From contig NC_068989.1 of assembly GCF_001194135.2 (NCBI RefSeq), positions 1,101,846 through 1,165,845 on the forward strand: 64,000 nucleotides of DNA. The letters run 5' to 3'. The stretch is from Octopus bimaculoides. Taxonomy: Eukaryota. Shown here one piece after another: positions 45,948 through 59,800 of the stretch; the first letter of the stretch is position 1, and each line of letters begins with the position of its first letter. The position numbers and the translations under genes are program-made. The notes under the pieces are model-generated. The model saw nothing but the letters and a program-made list of their open reading frames with translations, did no database searches and was not told the DNA's origin.

Positions 45948-47181
45948 TTGGCTCATTGCATAAATAACATTTTTTAATACTTTTTATTTTTCAAAATTAA
46001 CTTAAAGTTCTTTTTTAATCTAAAATATACTCTCCTTCATTTTCTACAATACTCTTCCCTCTATCTGGTAGACTTGTAAGGTCCCTCTTCCAAAATTCTC
46101 TTGTCCGTAACAAAAAACACTCTTCCAGTACTGTTCTGACCTCGTCTACAGAATTCATATTTTCCCCATCCAAATGATTTTGAAGACTGCAGAATAAATG
46201 ATAATCAGATGGGGCAATGTCTGACGAATATGGTGGGTAGGGCATCGTTTCCCATTCAAACTGCTCCAGCCTTTGGAATGTCGTCCTCGCTGTATGAGGC
46301 CGAGCATTCTCCTGGTGGAAGAACACCTTTCATATTCAAACCAAAGATGGTCGTTTTTCTGCTGGCGCTGACTTAAGCCAGTCAAGCGGCTCACAGTAGA
46401 TCTCCTTTGTTATTGTTTGATTCGGGTTTAAAAGTTCAAAGTGGACTAAACCTTTCATATCCCACCAAACAGGTAACAACACCTTACGTGGGTGAAGATC
46501 TTCTTTAGCCTGGGGTGCCAGTGTTTCTCCTTGCCCAACCCACTGTCCTTGGCACTTGACGTTTTTATAGAGAACCCATTTCTCATCACCAGTCACTATT
46601 CGGTCCAAAAAAGGTTCATTCGTGAGACGTGGCAGCAAAGAAGAGCATACATTCACTCTCTGCAAGTGATTAGACTTGGAAAGTTTGTGAGGAACCCATT
46701 GACACAATTTGCTGACTTTTCCAATGGCACACAATTTGCTGATGAATCATTGAATGTTCAAATCCAAGCTTTTCTGCTAATTCCTCAACTGTTACAATGG
46801 GATTTTGTTCCACCAGGTTTTGCAGGATGTCCTTGTGGAGCTCTACAAATCTTCCAGAATGAGGCCCATCTTCTAGGCTGTAGTTTCTGGCTCGGAATTT
46901 CTGGAACCACCATTGACACTGGCTTATGCTTACTGTCCAATCCCCATATACTGCATTAATATTCCTTGCACTTTCCGTCGTGTTGTTGCCTTTATTGAAC
47001 TCATAAATTAAAATATACCGAATATGCTCCTTTGTCTCTTCCATTATAGCTTCGAAAAAATAAATGTTAAAATAAAACGGCACTCTTCAAAACTTGCACT
47101 AAGAATAAGAAGAAGGTAAAATTACAACCTGCTTTTCTAGCAAGTTGATGCAGGTAGTTTATCCCGTCCCTCTCTGACTTT
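45948..47181 (-). mobile_element. Decayed mariner (Tc1/mariner DD34D) transposon; transposase 47044-46015 split by two frameshifts
   Basis: MEETKEHIRYILIYEF HTH region, WVPHKL, IVTGDEKW, HQENARPH, YSSDIAPSDYHLF. A TA followed by a TIR-like end at 45946-45977; the other end is replaced by a SINE tail. Confidence 0.92.
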
Positions 47182-48184
47182 TATCATCATCATTATCGTT
47201 TTAACATCCGTTTTTCCATGCTTGCATAAGTTGGGTGGAATTTTTTGAGGTGGATTTTCTACAGATGAATGCCCATCCTGTCACCCATCCATTCCCACAC
47301 AAAGTAATATTCCCCCATGACCAGACATGTGGGAAATGGACACCATTTGCATGATGGTGACACTCGTTTACAACCATCATGTGATGTCAAAGCAAAGAGA
47401 CAATAACACACTCCTCCGTGTATATATCTCCTTCATACTCACCACTTGTATTGCTCAGCACCACTGTTCCATGCCTTGCATGGATCAGATGGAGTTCACT
47501 AAAGCCTGGTTTCTATGGCTGGGTGCCCTTCCTGTCATCAATCCTCACCTGTTTCCAAGTAAGGTAATGTTTGTCCATGGTCAGACATGTCTTTGTGCAA
47601 AACTGAAAACAGCACACCGTGTATTGTAGTGACACTTATTTACAACTATCAAACATTGTCAGGACAAGGGTACAGTAACACACGTGCACATACACACACA
47701 CACACGTGCATTATTGTCGTCGTCATCATCAGCATCATCATCATCTGCCCGTTTGCCATACTGGCGTGTGTTGGATGGTTTGACATGCTGTGCCAATTTT
47801 CAGTGTCAGCTTGGGCACGGTTTCTATAGCTGGATGCCCTTCCTTAAAAACCAACCATTTTGCAAAGTGTTACTGGACGGGTGTTCTCTTGCCACTGGCG
47901 CTAGTGAGGTTGGTAAGTAAATTGCAAGAGAAAATCTCTTCCTACTGAGTGGGGATGGGTGGGTGAAGTATTTGAGAGGGGGAGGTGGTGTTTTTTTTAA
48001 TGCCAGTTGAAAGGCTAAAGTATGATAGAGGGACAAGCATAGGCTTCCTACTATAGAGGAGAGACATGGCTACTCTCCACTTGATATATAGAGGGGAGTG
48101 GGAGTAGATGGGAGTGAGGGAATGCCAGAGCAAAGTGTCTGGGTACAAGAAAGTGTGCATAAGAGATGAGAGGGATGTTTTGTT

Positions 48185-48320
48185 GAGAGAGAGGTAATAG
48201 ATCTCTGAACTTTCTCAATCCTATCCTTATTCTAGCAACTATACATTCAGAACATCCTCTCCTCCACTGCTATAGTCACCCAGGAAACCAAAACTATCAA
48301 CTACCTTTAGGAGTCTCCAA
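48185..48320 (-). mobile_element. RTE-type LINE fragment, post-RT region
   Basis: LKVVDSFGFLGDYSSGG / GCSECIVARIRIGLRKFRDLLPL (one frameshift). Confidence 0.7.
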
Positions 48321-48339
48321 GTCATACAAGAAAATCTAT

Positions 48340-48535
48340 TTCCTCCATGTGTCCTCAGTCTCTGTTGCTTCTGCACACCTACCTATGAACTCTGAGGAAG
48401 CTTCTGTCAAATGGTCTTCACCAGAAAGCTGGGTTTCTGAAAGGGCTGCTATATGTTGAGATGCACTCTGACATTCAGAATGATCTGCAAGTTCTAGAAG
48501 GATTCTTACATTCCAACAACCAATGTTAAAAAAAT
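48340..48535 (-). mobile_element. RTE-type LINE AP-endonuclease N-terminal fragment
   Basis: NIGCWNVRILL...HIAALSETQLSGEDHLTE matches the WNV(R) and IAALSET APE motifs. Confidence 0.7.
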
Positions 48536-50857
48536 GTGTTTTTTTTTTATCATCATCATCATCATTTAACGTCTGTCTGCCATGCTGGCATGGGTTGAAC
48601 AACATGTGAGACGGACATTAAATTAGAATAAAATCTTGTGTTAAGCCTGTGTTTTATTTCTACTTTTGATGGACTGCTATTATTAGCAGCAAATTATCCA
48701 ACATCAGTGGACAGGTAATTCTTAGAGCACCTTCCCAGACATAGAGTGATTAGGTGAGCAGTGCTTTCCTAACTCCGCCAAAGCAATTGCTATCCATGGA
48801 AACATAACAATGTTAGGATAAGCTTCTCATGAGTGCCCAGTGAATCTCATGTGCCAGCGCATGATGAAAGAGCAGGTTTGTGGACACATTCCACTTGTTT
48901 TTTTTACAGTTGTTGCTTCTCAATCTAAAATGTAGCTTTGTTGGCCTGCACTCCGGTGCTCAACATCAGACCATATCAGGGGTTATGCTGTGGAGACTTC
49001 TGCACTGTAATAGAGGAAGAAAACTACTCATCTATGTTGTTATTGGAAGGACCACAAAATGAAATTGAGGACCTACTAGAAATGATGGTGAGTTTAGGGT
49101 GCAGTGTTGATGCAACACATCTCAGTTGTGGCCAATAATTTAAAATGTGTTATTTTTGTAGTGAAACTGAGGGAAACTGAAATGATAAATGGAGAAGGAG
49201 TGAGTGGCAGTTGGAGATGTTAACTGTAGGTGAGGGGGAAGTAAAAGCCTTGCAATTACCATGAGATGTAGTGAGAGATGTTGCAATGGCTGCAATAGCA
49301 GGAATTTTGGGTCAAAAGGAAACTGCTAAATTTTTTCATAAACTATATTTTGACTTAATTTCGTTGTTTATATTTAAGTGTGTGTGTGTGTGGNNNNNNN
49401 NNNATTGGAAGCAATACATATCTCATGTTGATTTTAAAGTATAGAAGCTCACACATGAGCAAATACACTTTTACATATGCACATGTGCACGCACACACAC
49501 ACACACACACGATATAGATTTTTGTTTTCCTCACTGAATCACATATATGACTATTGTTAAGACACCATTTAAGTAGGAGGAGTTCCATGGCTATAAACAA
49601 AGTTTGGTTTGATTTTATGACTTTGTCCACAACATTGTTGTTAAAGAGGGTTGATCCAGGTGTGCTGTTATCAATAACTGCACTGCAATGGGGTACAAAT
49701 TGAAACCAACCTATTTCAAAAGTGTCATCGTCAAAGCTATTTGTCTTGTAAGATTTTTATGGAACAAATGTCACAACAATATTGGTACCATTGAATTGTT
49801 GCTTCCGTACAAACATTGTTCCTTGATACAGAACAAAGCACAATGTCTTCACATACAAGTCTAAGACTATTTGAAGTATGACAGGCATTGCCAATTTAGA
49901 TTTTTCAAGGAATGCAGTGGTTTGCATAGAAAATGTTTCTTTTTATTCTTTGGTTATTTCCAAATAACACCATCATGATTCCTTTGAGATTGCTGTTAAC
50001 ATATGATCTCTCTCTCTCTCTCTCTCTCTCACACATACACAGAGTTTGTCATTTGCAATAATAAAGTATGAATCTGTATTTGTTTTCTCATTTTGTCTTT
50101 TATTTAATTGTGTTTGTACAAAGGAATCATTTGTATGTGTATACAATATAAACTGTGTTTGTGTGTTTATATAGTATAAATCATTTGTTTGTGTGTATGT
50201 ATATCTAGTACAAATCATGTGTGTATGTGTTTATTTAGTCCAAATAATTTGTGCATGTGTATCTGTCACAATATAATTACTTTGCTTGCTTTCGAGTCGA
50301 TCCTGCCATCAATAGCTTCATTGTTGTTCAGCTGCCATTCATTTCTACTGATTTCCCTTATTGATTCAACATCAATATTTTCCATCAATCATTTCTGTAG
50401 GTTTTGTTAAATCGTGGGATATTAAACGACCTTTAAATATCGTTACTTTGATCCTTGAAGTTATTTCATTAACATCATCATCATCATTATTATTACTATT
50501 ATTGAAGGAGCTCGGAAAACAACCTCAGCACTCTTGCATAATTTTTAAAGGATTGTATGGGCAACACCTGTTTGTTGACCCCTGTCACTGGTGGTGTTGG
50601 ATGGATTTCTTTCCAAAGCTCTTGTTCTAGTTTTCTTTTATCATTCTTCATGCTCCTTTTCACCGTTTCATCATTATCCGATGCTCCCCCGCTTCCCACT
50701 CTCTCAGAATCCTTCTGCTCTGATAATTCTAAAATACAACACTTAAAAACCTAATGGTATATTATTTTTCTATCTCTCTGAAGAGATTTTGACTAATATA
50801 ACAATTTTGATAATTGCTATTTAATCTATTAGGCTTAATTGAAACAGCTGTAAGGGA

Positions 50858-51125
50858 CTAGTTTCTCCCCCTGGAGTGTGATGGAATCTGTTTTCTGAGC
50901 ATCTGTGGTGTCTATTGCCCCTGTGCATCTGCTGCACATGAAAGCTATCTTCTTGGTTAATCTTCCTTTGATGTTGCACCTCTTATGTGTCCATAGCTTA
51001 CACTGGGTACATCTTATGGAGTTTCTACCTACACCTTTTCTACAGATTGAGCAGGGCCACCTACCTGAGGGGGGTTGTGTGATGTGTTCACCTTCCTACT
51101 TAGTAGAACTTTGGTCTTTGCTACA
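50858..51125 (-). mobile_element. RTE-type LINE fragment encoding a PHD-like C4HC3 finger
   Basis: SGRWPCSICRKGVGRNSIRCTQCKLWTHKRCNIKGRLTKKIAFMCSRCTG...LQGEKL. Confidence 0.75.
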
Positions 51126-54100
51126 TTGACTTTACAAGATGTAGTCTTACATCTAAAGTCAAGATGGTCATGGCTGGAATGTCTTTGTTCATAGATCTGC
51201 TCAATCATGATTCTTACAATTCTTTTTCAGTATTTCTGGGCAAATACTGTGTGGGTCGAAGATGAAACACCATCTAGAATCTTGTGTTTTGTTTAAAATT
51301 GGTGAAATCAAGATGGAGCCATGTTGACGGTTCTATCTTTTTACAAATAGTTTTGTGTTGGACAACAGCTGAAGGTTTGTGCAGTTGAAACTAAAGTAAT
51401 TCTGTGTGGTCTATCTTGTTAATTGGTAGCGAAAAGATTGACCTAACTTGAATATATATTTATTTCTTTATTGCCCACAGGGGGCTAAACATAGAGGGGA
51501 CAAACAAGGACAGACAAAGGGATTAAGACAATTACATCGACCCCAGTGTGTAACTGGTACATATTCAATCGACCTTTAAAGGATAAAAGGCAAAGTCGAC
51601 CTCGGCGGAATTTGAACCCAGAACGTAATGGCAGATGAAATACCGCTAAGCATTTCGCTCGGTGTGCTAACCACTCTGCCAGCTCTCCATCCTTTGAATA
51701 TATTATTCAGTTGTTAAGCTGATCAGTTTAGTGATTTTAATACCTGTAACGATGGTCTCAAATTTTGGCACAAGGCCAGCAATGTAAGTACTCAACTGGT
51801 TGCTTATTTTTATTGATCCCAAAAGGGTGAAAGGCAAAGTCAACCTTGGCAGAAATTGAATTCAGGTCGTAATGATGGACGAAATTCTGCTAAGAATTTT
51901 ATCTGGCACGGTAACAATTCTGCTGGCTCAGTGTCTTGTAAATTACCAATTCTTATTGATTGGCAGTCATTGAATGCCGGGGATCAAAGTTAGCTGCTAT
52001 AAAAAGAAGCGGAACAAAATTATTTCTGTATTTCATAAATAATTTTAAAATAATTTTTGGATCAGTTACAATCAAACTTCTCACTAATAATAGCTTAAAA
52101 TAAACATATTTTTTTTGTCAGAAACATTCTGTTGGTTTTTAAGCAACAAAAGTGTACANNNNNNNNNNNNNNNNNNNNNNNNNNNNNNNNNNNNNNNNNN
52201 NNNNNNNNNNNNNNNNNNNNNNNNNNNNNNNNNNNNNNNNNNNNNNNNNNNNNNNNNNNNNNNNNNNNNNNNNNNNNNNNNNNNNNNNNNNNNNNNNNNN
52301 NNNNNNNNNNNNNNNNNNNNNNNNNNNNNNNNNNNNNNNNNNNNNNNNNNNNNNNNNNNNNNNNNNNNNNNNNNNNNNNNNNNNNNNNNNNNNNNNNNNN
52401 NNNNNNNNNNNNNNNNNNNNNNNNNNNNNNNNNNNNNNNNNNNNNNNNNNNNNNNNNNNNNNNNNNNNNNNNNCACCACCACCACCACCACCATCGACAA
52501 CAACAACAACAGCTTGTTCCTCTTTCCTCGACTCTTTTGGAGGAAACGTGAAGCTGACTATTTTCAGCTCCTTTATTTCTATATTTTTTTCATTTCTTGT
52601 AATTCTTTTCTTTTTTTTTTTCTGCTTCAATCTGTCTGTCTTCCTTATTTAAAAAACATTTCCTTGCCATTGAAAATAACATTTGTTGTTGAGCAAACTG
52701 CTTTACAAGAGCCATCTTGTCTATTTTTATTCCAGTGTCATCTTTATTGCCATCATTTACCAAGTTCTTTGTTGAGAATAAAATTGTGTCACAGATTGAT
52801 ATTTCCTATGCAACACACTTTCTCGACACCCATTTTCGGAATGTATTGTGCGCCCCACCCAGATCGGTTTTTGTTTTTAAGCTATTTATTGTTGTTAGTC
52901 GTCACACTAAAATAGTTGTTCTTTATATCTTTTCTATGAATTATTATTAAAACTTGCATCTTGTGTGAATTGTTTTCAATTCAATTTTTTTTTTCTATTT
53001 ATATATTTTAGCATTTGTAATACGTGCAGTCTCTCTTTCTTTCTCTCTCTCTCTCTCGGCACATTGGTATTGGGATTAAAACAGTTAACACACACACACG
53101 TGCGCACGCACATGCACATTTATATATTAGGTGCAGATATAGCTGTTTGGTAGGAAACTTGCTTCCCAATCACATGGTTCCGGGTTCAGTCCCACTGCAT
53201 GGCACCTTGGGCAAATGTCTTCTGCTGTAGTCTCGAATCAACCAAAGCCTTGTCAGTGGATTTGGCAGAGGGAAACTGAGAGAAGCTGGTCGAGTGTGTG
53301 TGTGTTGGTGTGTTTCCCCTTCTGCTGTCACACTTAACCAGATTCCCTTCAGGATGAGAAAAAGAACTAAGACTAAACGACCAAGAGATTTCTTAGAATT
53401 CTGGAGGAATATTAAAAGATCTGTCGAAAGGATTAAGAAGGATTAAGTGTGTGGCCGTGCTGGGGCACTGCCAAAGAAGTTTAAGTCAATTGTGAATTGA
53501 CCCCAGTACTTATATTATTTTAAGTGTGGTACTTATTCTATGAAACTGTTTTGCAAAACTGCTAGGTCACAGGGACATAAACACACCAGCACCGGTTGTC
53601 AAGTGGTGGTGGTGGTGGAGGACAAACACACGCATAGATATACACTTGATGAGTTTCTTTCAGTTTCCGTCTACTGTCCACTTTGGCTTTGGTCAGCCTG
53701 AGGATATAGTAAAAAACACTTGCCCAAGGGGCCACACAGTGGGACTGAACCTGGAACGGTGTACTTTGGAAACAAGCTTCTTAACCACACAGCCATTAAG
53801 AAAAAGTTAACAAGGCTTGGTACCATTGAGGAGGCAGCTGTTTGTTATATCCGGTCAGTCTGTAGCCACTGGCCACGACACCTGTCAGCACTGCCTGGCA
53901 GTAAATGTGCACCAAGGAGTAAATATTTCTTTTGTTTTCTTTTGATGATATTAAATATTATAATCACCAATTTGAGACAGAAAAAACAGGTAATAAGTCA
54001 CTAATGAGACACAAACCATGTCTGCATTGTTTGTTGTGTGTGTGTGTGTGTGTGTTATGAATGAAGCTACAAAGCATCTGTCACCCCCCCCCCTCTCTCT

Positions 54101-56764
54101 CAAATTAACTCCATAAATCAATTCTCTTACTTTTCACCTTACTATTTTATGCTTACAAAACAATTGATCGGTTGCTTAGTACTTGTAGGTTAGACAAGGT
54201 GTTGCATGTCTGTTTGATGTGTGGGGACAAGAAATAACTTCATGGACTTAATTATGAATGAATTAAATGCTGAGACTTAATCATCATCATCATCATCACA
54301 TGACATTACTCTTAATAGCATCAAATCTCGTTTGTTATGTATCTTTTATCTTTTACCTGTTTCAGACATTAGACTGTGGCCATGCTGGGGCACCCCCTTG
54401 AAGAGGTTTTAGTTGAATCAGTTGACCCAAATACCCCCTTTTAGCTTGCATTGTTCTTTTGAGTTCAGTCCCATTACATGGCACCTTGAGCAAGTGTGTA
54501 GCCTTGGGCCAACCAAAGACTTGGGAGTAGATTTGGTAGACAGAAGCCCAGCATGTGTATATTGTGTGTGTGTGTGTCCTACCACAGCTTGACAACCGGT
54601 GTTGGTGTGTTTATGTCCCTCTAACTTAGCAGTTTGATGAAAATGACCAACAGAATAAATACGAGGTTTAAAAAAAAAAGATTAAGTATTGGGGTCGATT
54701 CAACTAAAAATTATTCAAGGCATTGCTCAAGTATGGCCACAGCCTAATGACTGAATCAAGTAAAAGATAAAAGATGTTCCTCTCCTGAAGTAGCCATTTC
54801 ACAGCTAGGTAGACTTGTCCACTTGAGAGCAAAGTGTTTTGCTTATAAACTCCCAATATCTTGGCATTTGGTATGATTCTCTCTTTTGATGAGGTCATCT
54901 GAGGTCACTTGATTTACAAGCCTTTTGGGTGGCTCCTTCTGACAGGGGGCCAGAAGTAGAGAATAAAGTCACCCGTGCAAAAAATACCCAGATATCCCTT
55001 CAGGTGGTTTGAACCCACTATCTGTATTGTTATGCAAATACTTTGCTTAATCATTCTGTTTATGCAATTACAACAATAATTGAATACTGCTTTTTTTATT
55101 TTTTTTATTTGCAATTTCTGGGTCACATATGGTTGTGTGCTTCACATGCCCACAGCACTCTCATCATCATCATCATCATCATCATAACAGTACATTTACA
55201 TTGTCACTGGTAGCAGAAACCAACAGACAAACATTGAGTCACGCACACTTCCTACAGACAGCCAGGTTGAATCTCCTGCTGGTGGCTGTTGAAGCTACCC
55301 AGAAACCACCTAATCTTTTACAAGTGTAAATCTCAATGCTATGCCTAACACCTCACCCTTCTCTGACCCCCCCCCCTCTGTGTGTCACTCTGACCAGATT
55401 CCTTTCTACATCGAAAGTCAACAAACAGCAAAGAGTGGAGAGTCGGCTTTTCTTATCTCCCCCATACTTTGCTTCCTTCATGACAATCTGCTCAGCATTA
55501 AATTAACACAGACTNNNNNNNNNNNNNNNNNNNNNNNNNNNNNNNNNNNNNNNNNNNNNNNNNNNNNNNNNNNNNNNNNNNNNNNNNNNNNNNNNNNNNN
55601 NNNNNNNNNNNNNNNNNNNNNNNNNNNNNNNNNNNNNNNNNNNNNNNNNNNNNNNNNNNNNNNNNNNNNNNNNNNNNNNNNNNNNNNNNNNNNNNNNNNN
55701 NNNNNNNNNNNNNNNNNNNNNNNNNNNNNNNNNNNNNNNNNNNNNNNNNNNNNNNNNNNNNNNNNNNNNNNNNNNNNNNNNNNNNNNNNNNNNNNNNNNN
55801 NNNNNNNNCCCTCCCTTTCACTTACCAATCTTATCCTTTCCTTTCTTTCTTTTCTTCCATACCCTCTGCTCCCCCTTTCCTCCCAGCTGGGAGTACACAC
55901 AGGTGTTGGTGTGTGTTTGGGGAGACAGAACTGAAATACTTTTTTTTTGTAAGGGTTATGAGGGGGGGATTTAGGAAAATGTAGGATTGAATGAAGAAGA
56001 AGAAGAAAGTAAAGGTATTTCAGGAAAGGTATTTGGTTTCCTTGGAGCAGACTTGTGATAAAATGTTCCAGCTGCAACGATTTTGTCTTGTTTTTAGTCA
56101 TAGTACATCTTGGACTACATCATCCAATATGTCCAGTCTTTATTTTATTATTATTAGTATTATGAAATAATAGTGAAATCAGCTTCAAATCAAACCCAGC
56201 TAGCTTAAGACTTGTGATTGGTAAACACTGATTGGGCCTCAGAGGTCATTACAGGGACAGACAGGTGTCCACATTAATGAGAGGAATTCCATGGCCAGGT
56301 GTGTTAACTAAAAGCTTTGTTTCATTGGTTATTTCCATGCTGTGGGATTCTGATAATTGGAGAGAAATAAGTTGAGGATGGTCTATTAACTGGGTGGTAG
56401 GAATATATTGATAGGGATGTGTTGGGATGGTCATGGCTGGAATTCCTTTGACCTGGTCACAGTTGTTGTTAGTGTTTAGTTCCACCATCACAAACTGCAG
56501 AAACAACAAACATGTGAAGAACACCTCTGCATTATAAAGTAATGCAAAAAGCAGACAAAAGTGTTTATTTCATTTATCTTTCACATGGTTTGGTCGTTAG
56601 ATTGTGGCCATGCTGGGGCACCACCTTGAAATACTTTTTAGTTGATTGAATCAACCCCAGTGGAATTTTTTGTTTCTTTGCTGAACTGCTAAATTATGGG
56701 GATGCAAACACACCAACACCGGTTGTCAAGCAGTGGTGGGGGACAAAGACACACACACATAACT

Positions 56765-56811
<47 letters not shown>

Positions 56812-59800
56812 GNNNNNNNNNNNNNNNNNNNNNNNNNNNNNNNNNNNNNNNNNNNNNNNNNNNNNNNNNNNNNNNNNNNNNNNNNNNNNNNNNNNNNNNN
56901 NNNNNNNNNNNNNNNNNNNNNNNNNNNNNNNNNNNNNNNNNNNNNNNNNNNNNNNNNNNNNNNNNNNNNNNNNNNNNNNNNNNNNNNNNNNNNNNNNNNN
57001 NNNNNNNNNNNNNNNNNNNNNNNNNNNNNNNNNNNNNNNNNNNNNNNNNNNNNNNNNNNNNNNNNNNNNNNNNNNNNNNNNNNNNNNNNNNNNNNNNNNN
57101 NNNNNNNNNNNNNNNNNNNNNNNNNNNNNNNNNNNNNNNNNNNNNNNNNNNNNNNNNNNNNNNNNNNNNNNNNNNNNNNNNNNNNNNNNNNNNNNNNNNN
57201 NNNNNNNNNNNNNNNNNNNNNNNNNNNNNNNNNNNNNNNNNNNNNNNNNNNNNNNNNNNNNNNNNNNNNNNNNNNNNNNNNNNNNNNNNNNNNNNNNNNN
57301 NNNNNNNNNNNNNNNNNNNNNNNNNNNNNNNNNNNNNNNNNNNNNNNNNNNNNNNNNNNNNNNNNNNNNNNNNNNNNNNNNNNNNNNNNNNNNNNNNNNN
57401 NNNNNNNNNNNNNNNNNNNNNNNNNNNNNNNNNNNTCTCTCTCTCTATCTGTCTCTCCTGTCTCTTTCTTCTTCTCGACTCCCCAACCTCTTTATGTCTG
57501 GGCTGTCAAGACACAAACTTAATTTTAATTAAGGTGTTTTACATGGATTAACAACAGGCTGTGAAAGCAGGAAAATATAAAAGCAAAAGCAAACTTGTAC
57601 ACACCTCATTAAAGGAGGAGGGGGGGGGCAACCAAATAATGAAATAAAAACAAATGAAAATGGAAATTTTTTTTCCAAAATTAGTTTTGTTGTTGTTCAG
57701 AGCATTTATTAATGTTGTTATTATTGCTAAGAGTCCTTCATACCTCCTCCTTCTCCTCCTCCTCATAATGATAATGATGGAGAAGCTATTTGAGGTTAGT
57801 TTATAGCAGTAAATACCTCATACAATATTACATTCAATTAACAAAGGTCAGAGGTTAGTTGTTAATAGATTTAATGGAAAGACCATTTAAAAGAAACTAA
57901 CGAGTGATGTATGAAGCTAATTAGAGAAGTAGATATCGTTTATCATTCACTTGTTTCAGTAATTAAACTCTGGCCATGCTGGGGTACTGTCTTGAAGAAT
58001 TTTTTAGTTGAATGAGTTGACTACAGCACTTAAGCCTGAGACTTATTTTATTAATCTCCTTCTGCTGAACTGCTAACTTATAAGGATGTAAACACACCAA
58101 CACTGGTTGCCAAACAGGGTGGTGGACAGACACAAACATAAAAACAAAGACACATACACAACAGGCTTCTTTCAGTTTCCCTTTATGAAATCCACTCACA
58201 AGGTTTTGGTTGGCCCGAGGTAGAATACATTTGCCCAAGGTGCCATGCAGTGGGACTGAACCTGACACCACGAGGTTGGGAAGCAAACTTACCACACAGC
58301 CATGCCTACCCCCAAATATATATGGAGTGAATGACAAAAAAAAAACACTGCCATCTTTCCGTAACTAATATCATTTTTATTAGCTCATAAATAGCTGACT
58401 AATTTTGGGGGTATGTAAGTGGGGGTGGTTTGGAAAAACAACCTTAATTAGTTTTTGTTTTGCATTTCATTTATTTCTCATACTGGCTCCCATATTGGTG
58501 GCATGTAAAAAGCACCATCTGAATGTGGCTGATGCCAGTACCCACTGACTGGCTCCCGTGCCGGTGGCACGTAAAAAGCACCCACTACTCTCTTGGAGTG
58601 GTTGGCACTAGGAAGGGCATCCAGCTGTAGAAACATTGCCAGATCAGATTGGAGCCTGGTGCAGCTGATGGCTTTCCAGACCTCAGTTAAACCGTCCAAC
58701 CCATGCCAGCATGGAAAACGGACGTTGAATGATGATGATGTGATGGTACTTGACTATTATCAATAAATTGCTGTGTGAGTGAATGTGGGTGGTGAGTGAT
58801 GGTGGTAGGCAAATGAGCTGTTCCAGTCTGACTGAACAACACTCAATACAGGAAGGCAATCTTTGTGTTATTCGAAGCAACCTTGAGACTCCCTGAATGT
58901 GCAAATGATACAGAATTGAATAGATGGGAGCTGGGGTTACCATATTGAAAGAAGTTGAACGTTGATGGTTTACACCTGTGAGTAGCCAATTTCTATTGGT
59001 TGAGTGAGTTAACGACACGGATGGTAGATTAGCTCTGACGTACTTTAGCCTCTCAACTCCTAGCATAAAACCATCCTCCCCGCTGCCTCCCAAATGCCAT
59101 CCCCCACTTAGTAGTGGAGGCTTTTTTTTTTTTAGTTTTCCTTATTCTTTTCTGTTTTGCAACCTATTTGGCGACCTCACTTGTGCTGGTGCCATGAAAA
59201 AAAAGCACCCAGTATATAGTGTAAGGTGACTGGCATTAGGAAGGGCCTCCAGCCATAGAAACTATGTCAAAGCTGACATTGGAACTCTATACAGTCCTTG
59301 GACACATTGGGTCTTGTCAAAAGCATCCAACCCATGCCAGCAGGGAAGCCAGATACTAAATGATGATGACAATAATGGCTTTGAAGATGTTCGAAGAAGA
59401 AATGAGTTCAGCGTCTCTTTTGTTAATATCTCCAGTTTGTCATTTCATTCCATTTATCCTGTTAATTCTACTAGGAAAGACATGAATATCACAACACACC
59501 ACTCCCCCCCCCGCCCCTTCTCTTGCAATTCTGATAGCACATGCCTAGTGACAAGAAATCAATATTGTATTAAGGCTGCAAACATTGTTCTTTGTTGGTT
59601 TAAGCAGCCATTCTTTGGAATTGTTAGAAAATTGGAAAGTCAGCTAAATCAAACAATGTGATGATGCCAGGTTTATTGTTGGCAAGAAGATCAATGTCTT
59701 CTCTCCAGAGTCAGAATATTTATAGAGAGGAGGGTGGAGGAGGAGGGATGTGGGGGATTGCATTGGAAGAGAGAGGGAGAGAGAGGGAGAGAGAGAGTAG

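Noticed and set aside
46492-46959. Plus-strand 155-aa ORF
   Set aside because: Antisense shadow of the mariner transposase.
49355-49930. Stop-sparse frames on both strands, with faint SWIM-like Cys/His spacing on the plus strand
   Set aside because: In-frame stops, no convincing motif, no splice support.
58683-59093. 136-aa minus-strand ORF
   Set aside because: Its 3' part runs into a family-C retroposon; the rest has no recognisable motif.
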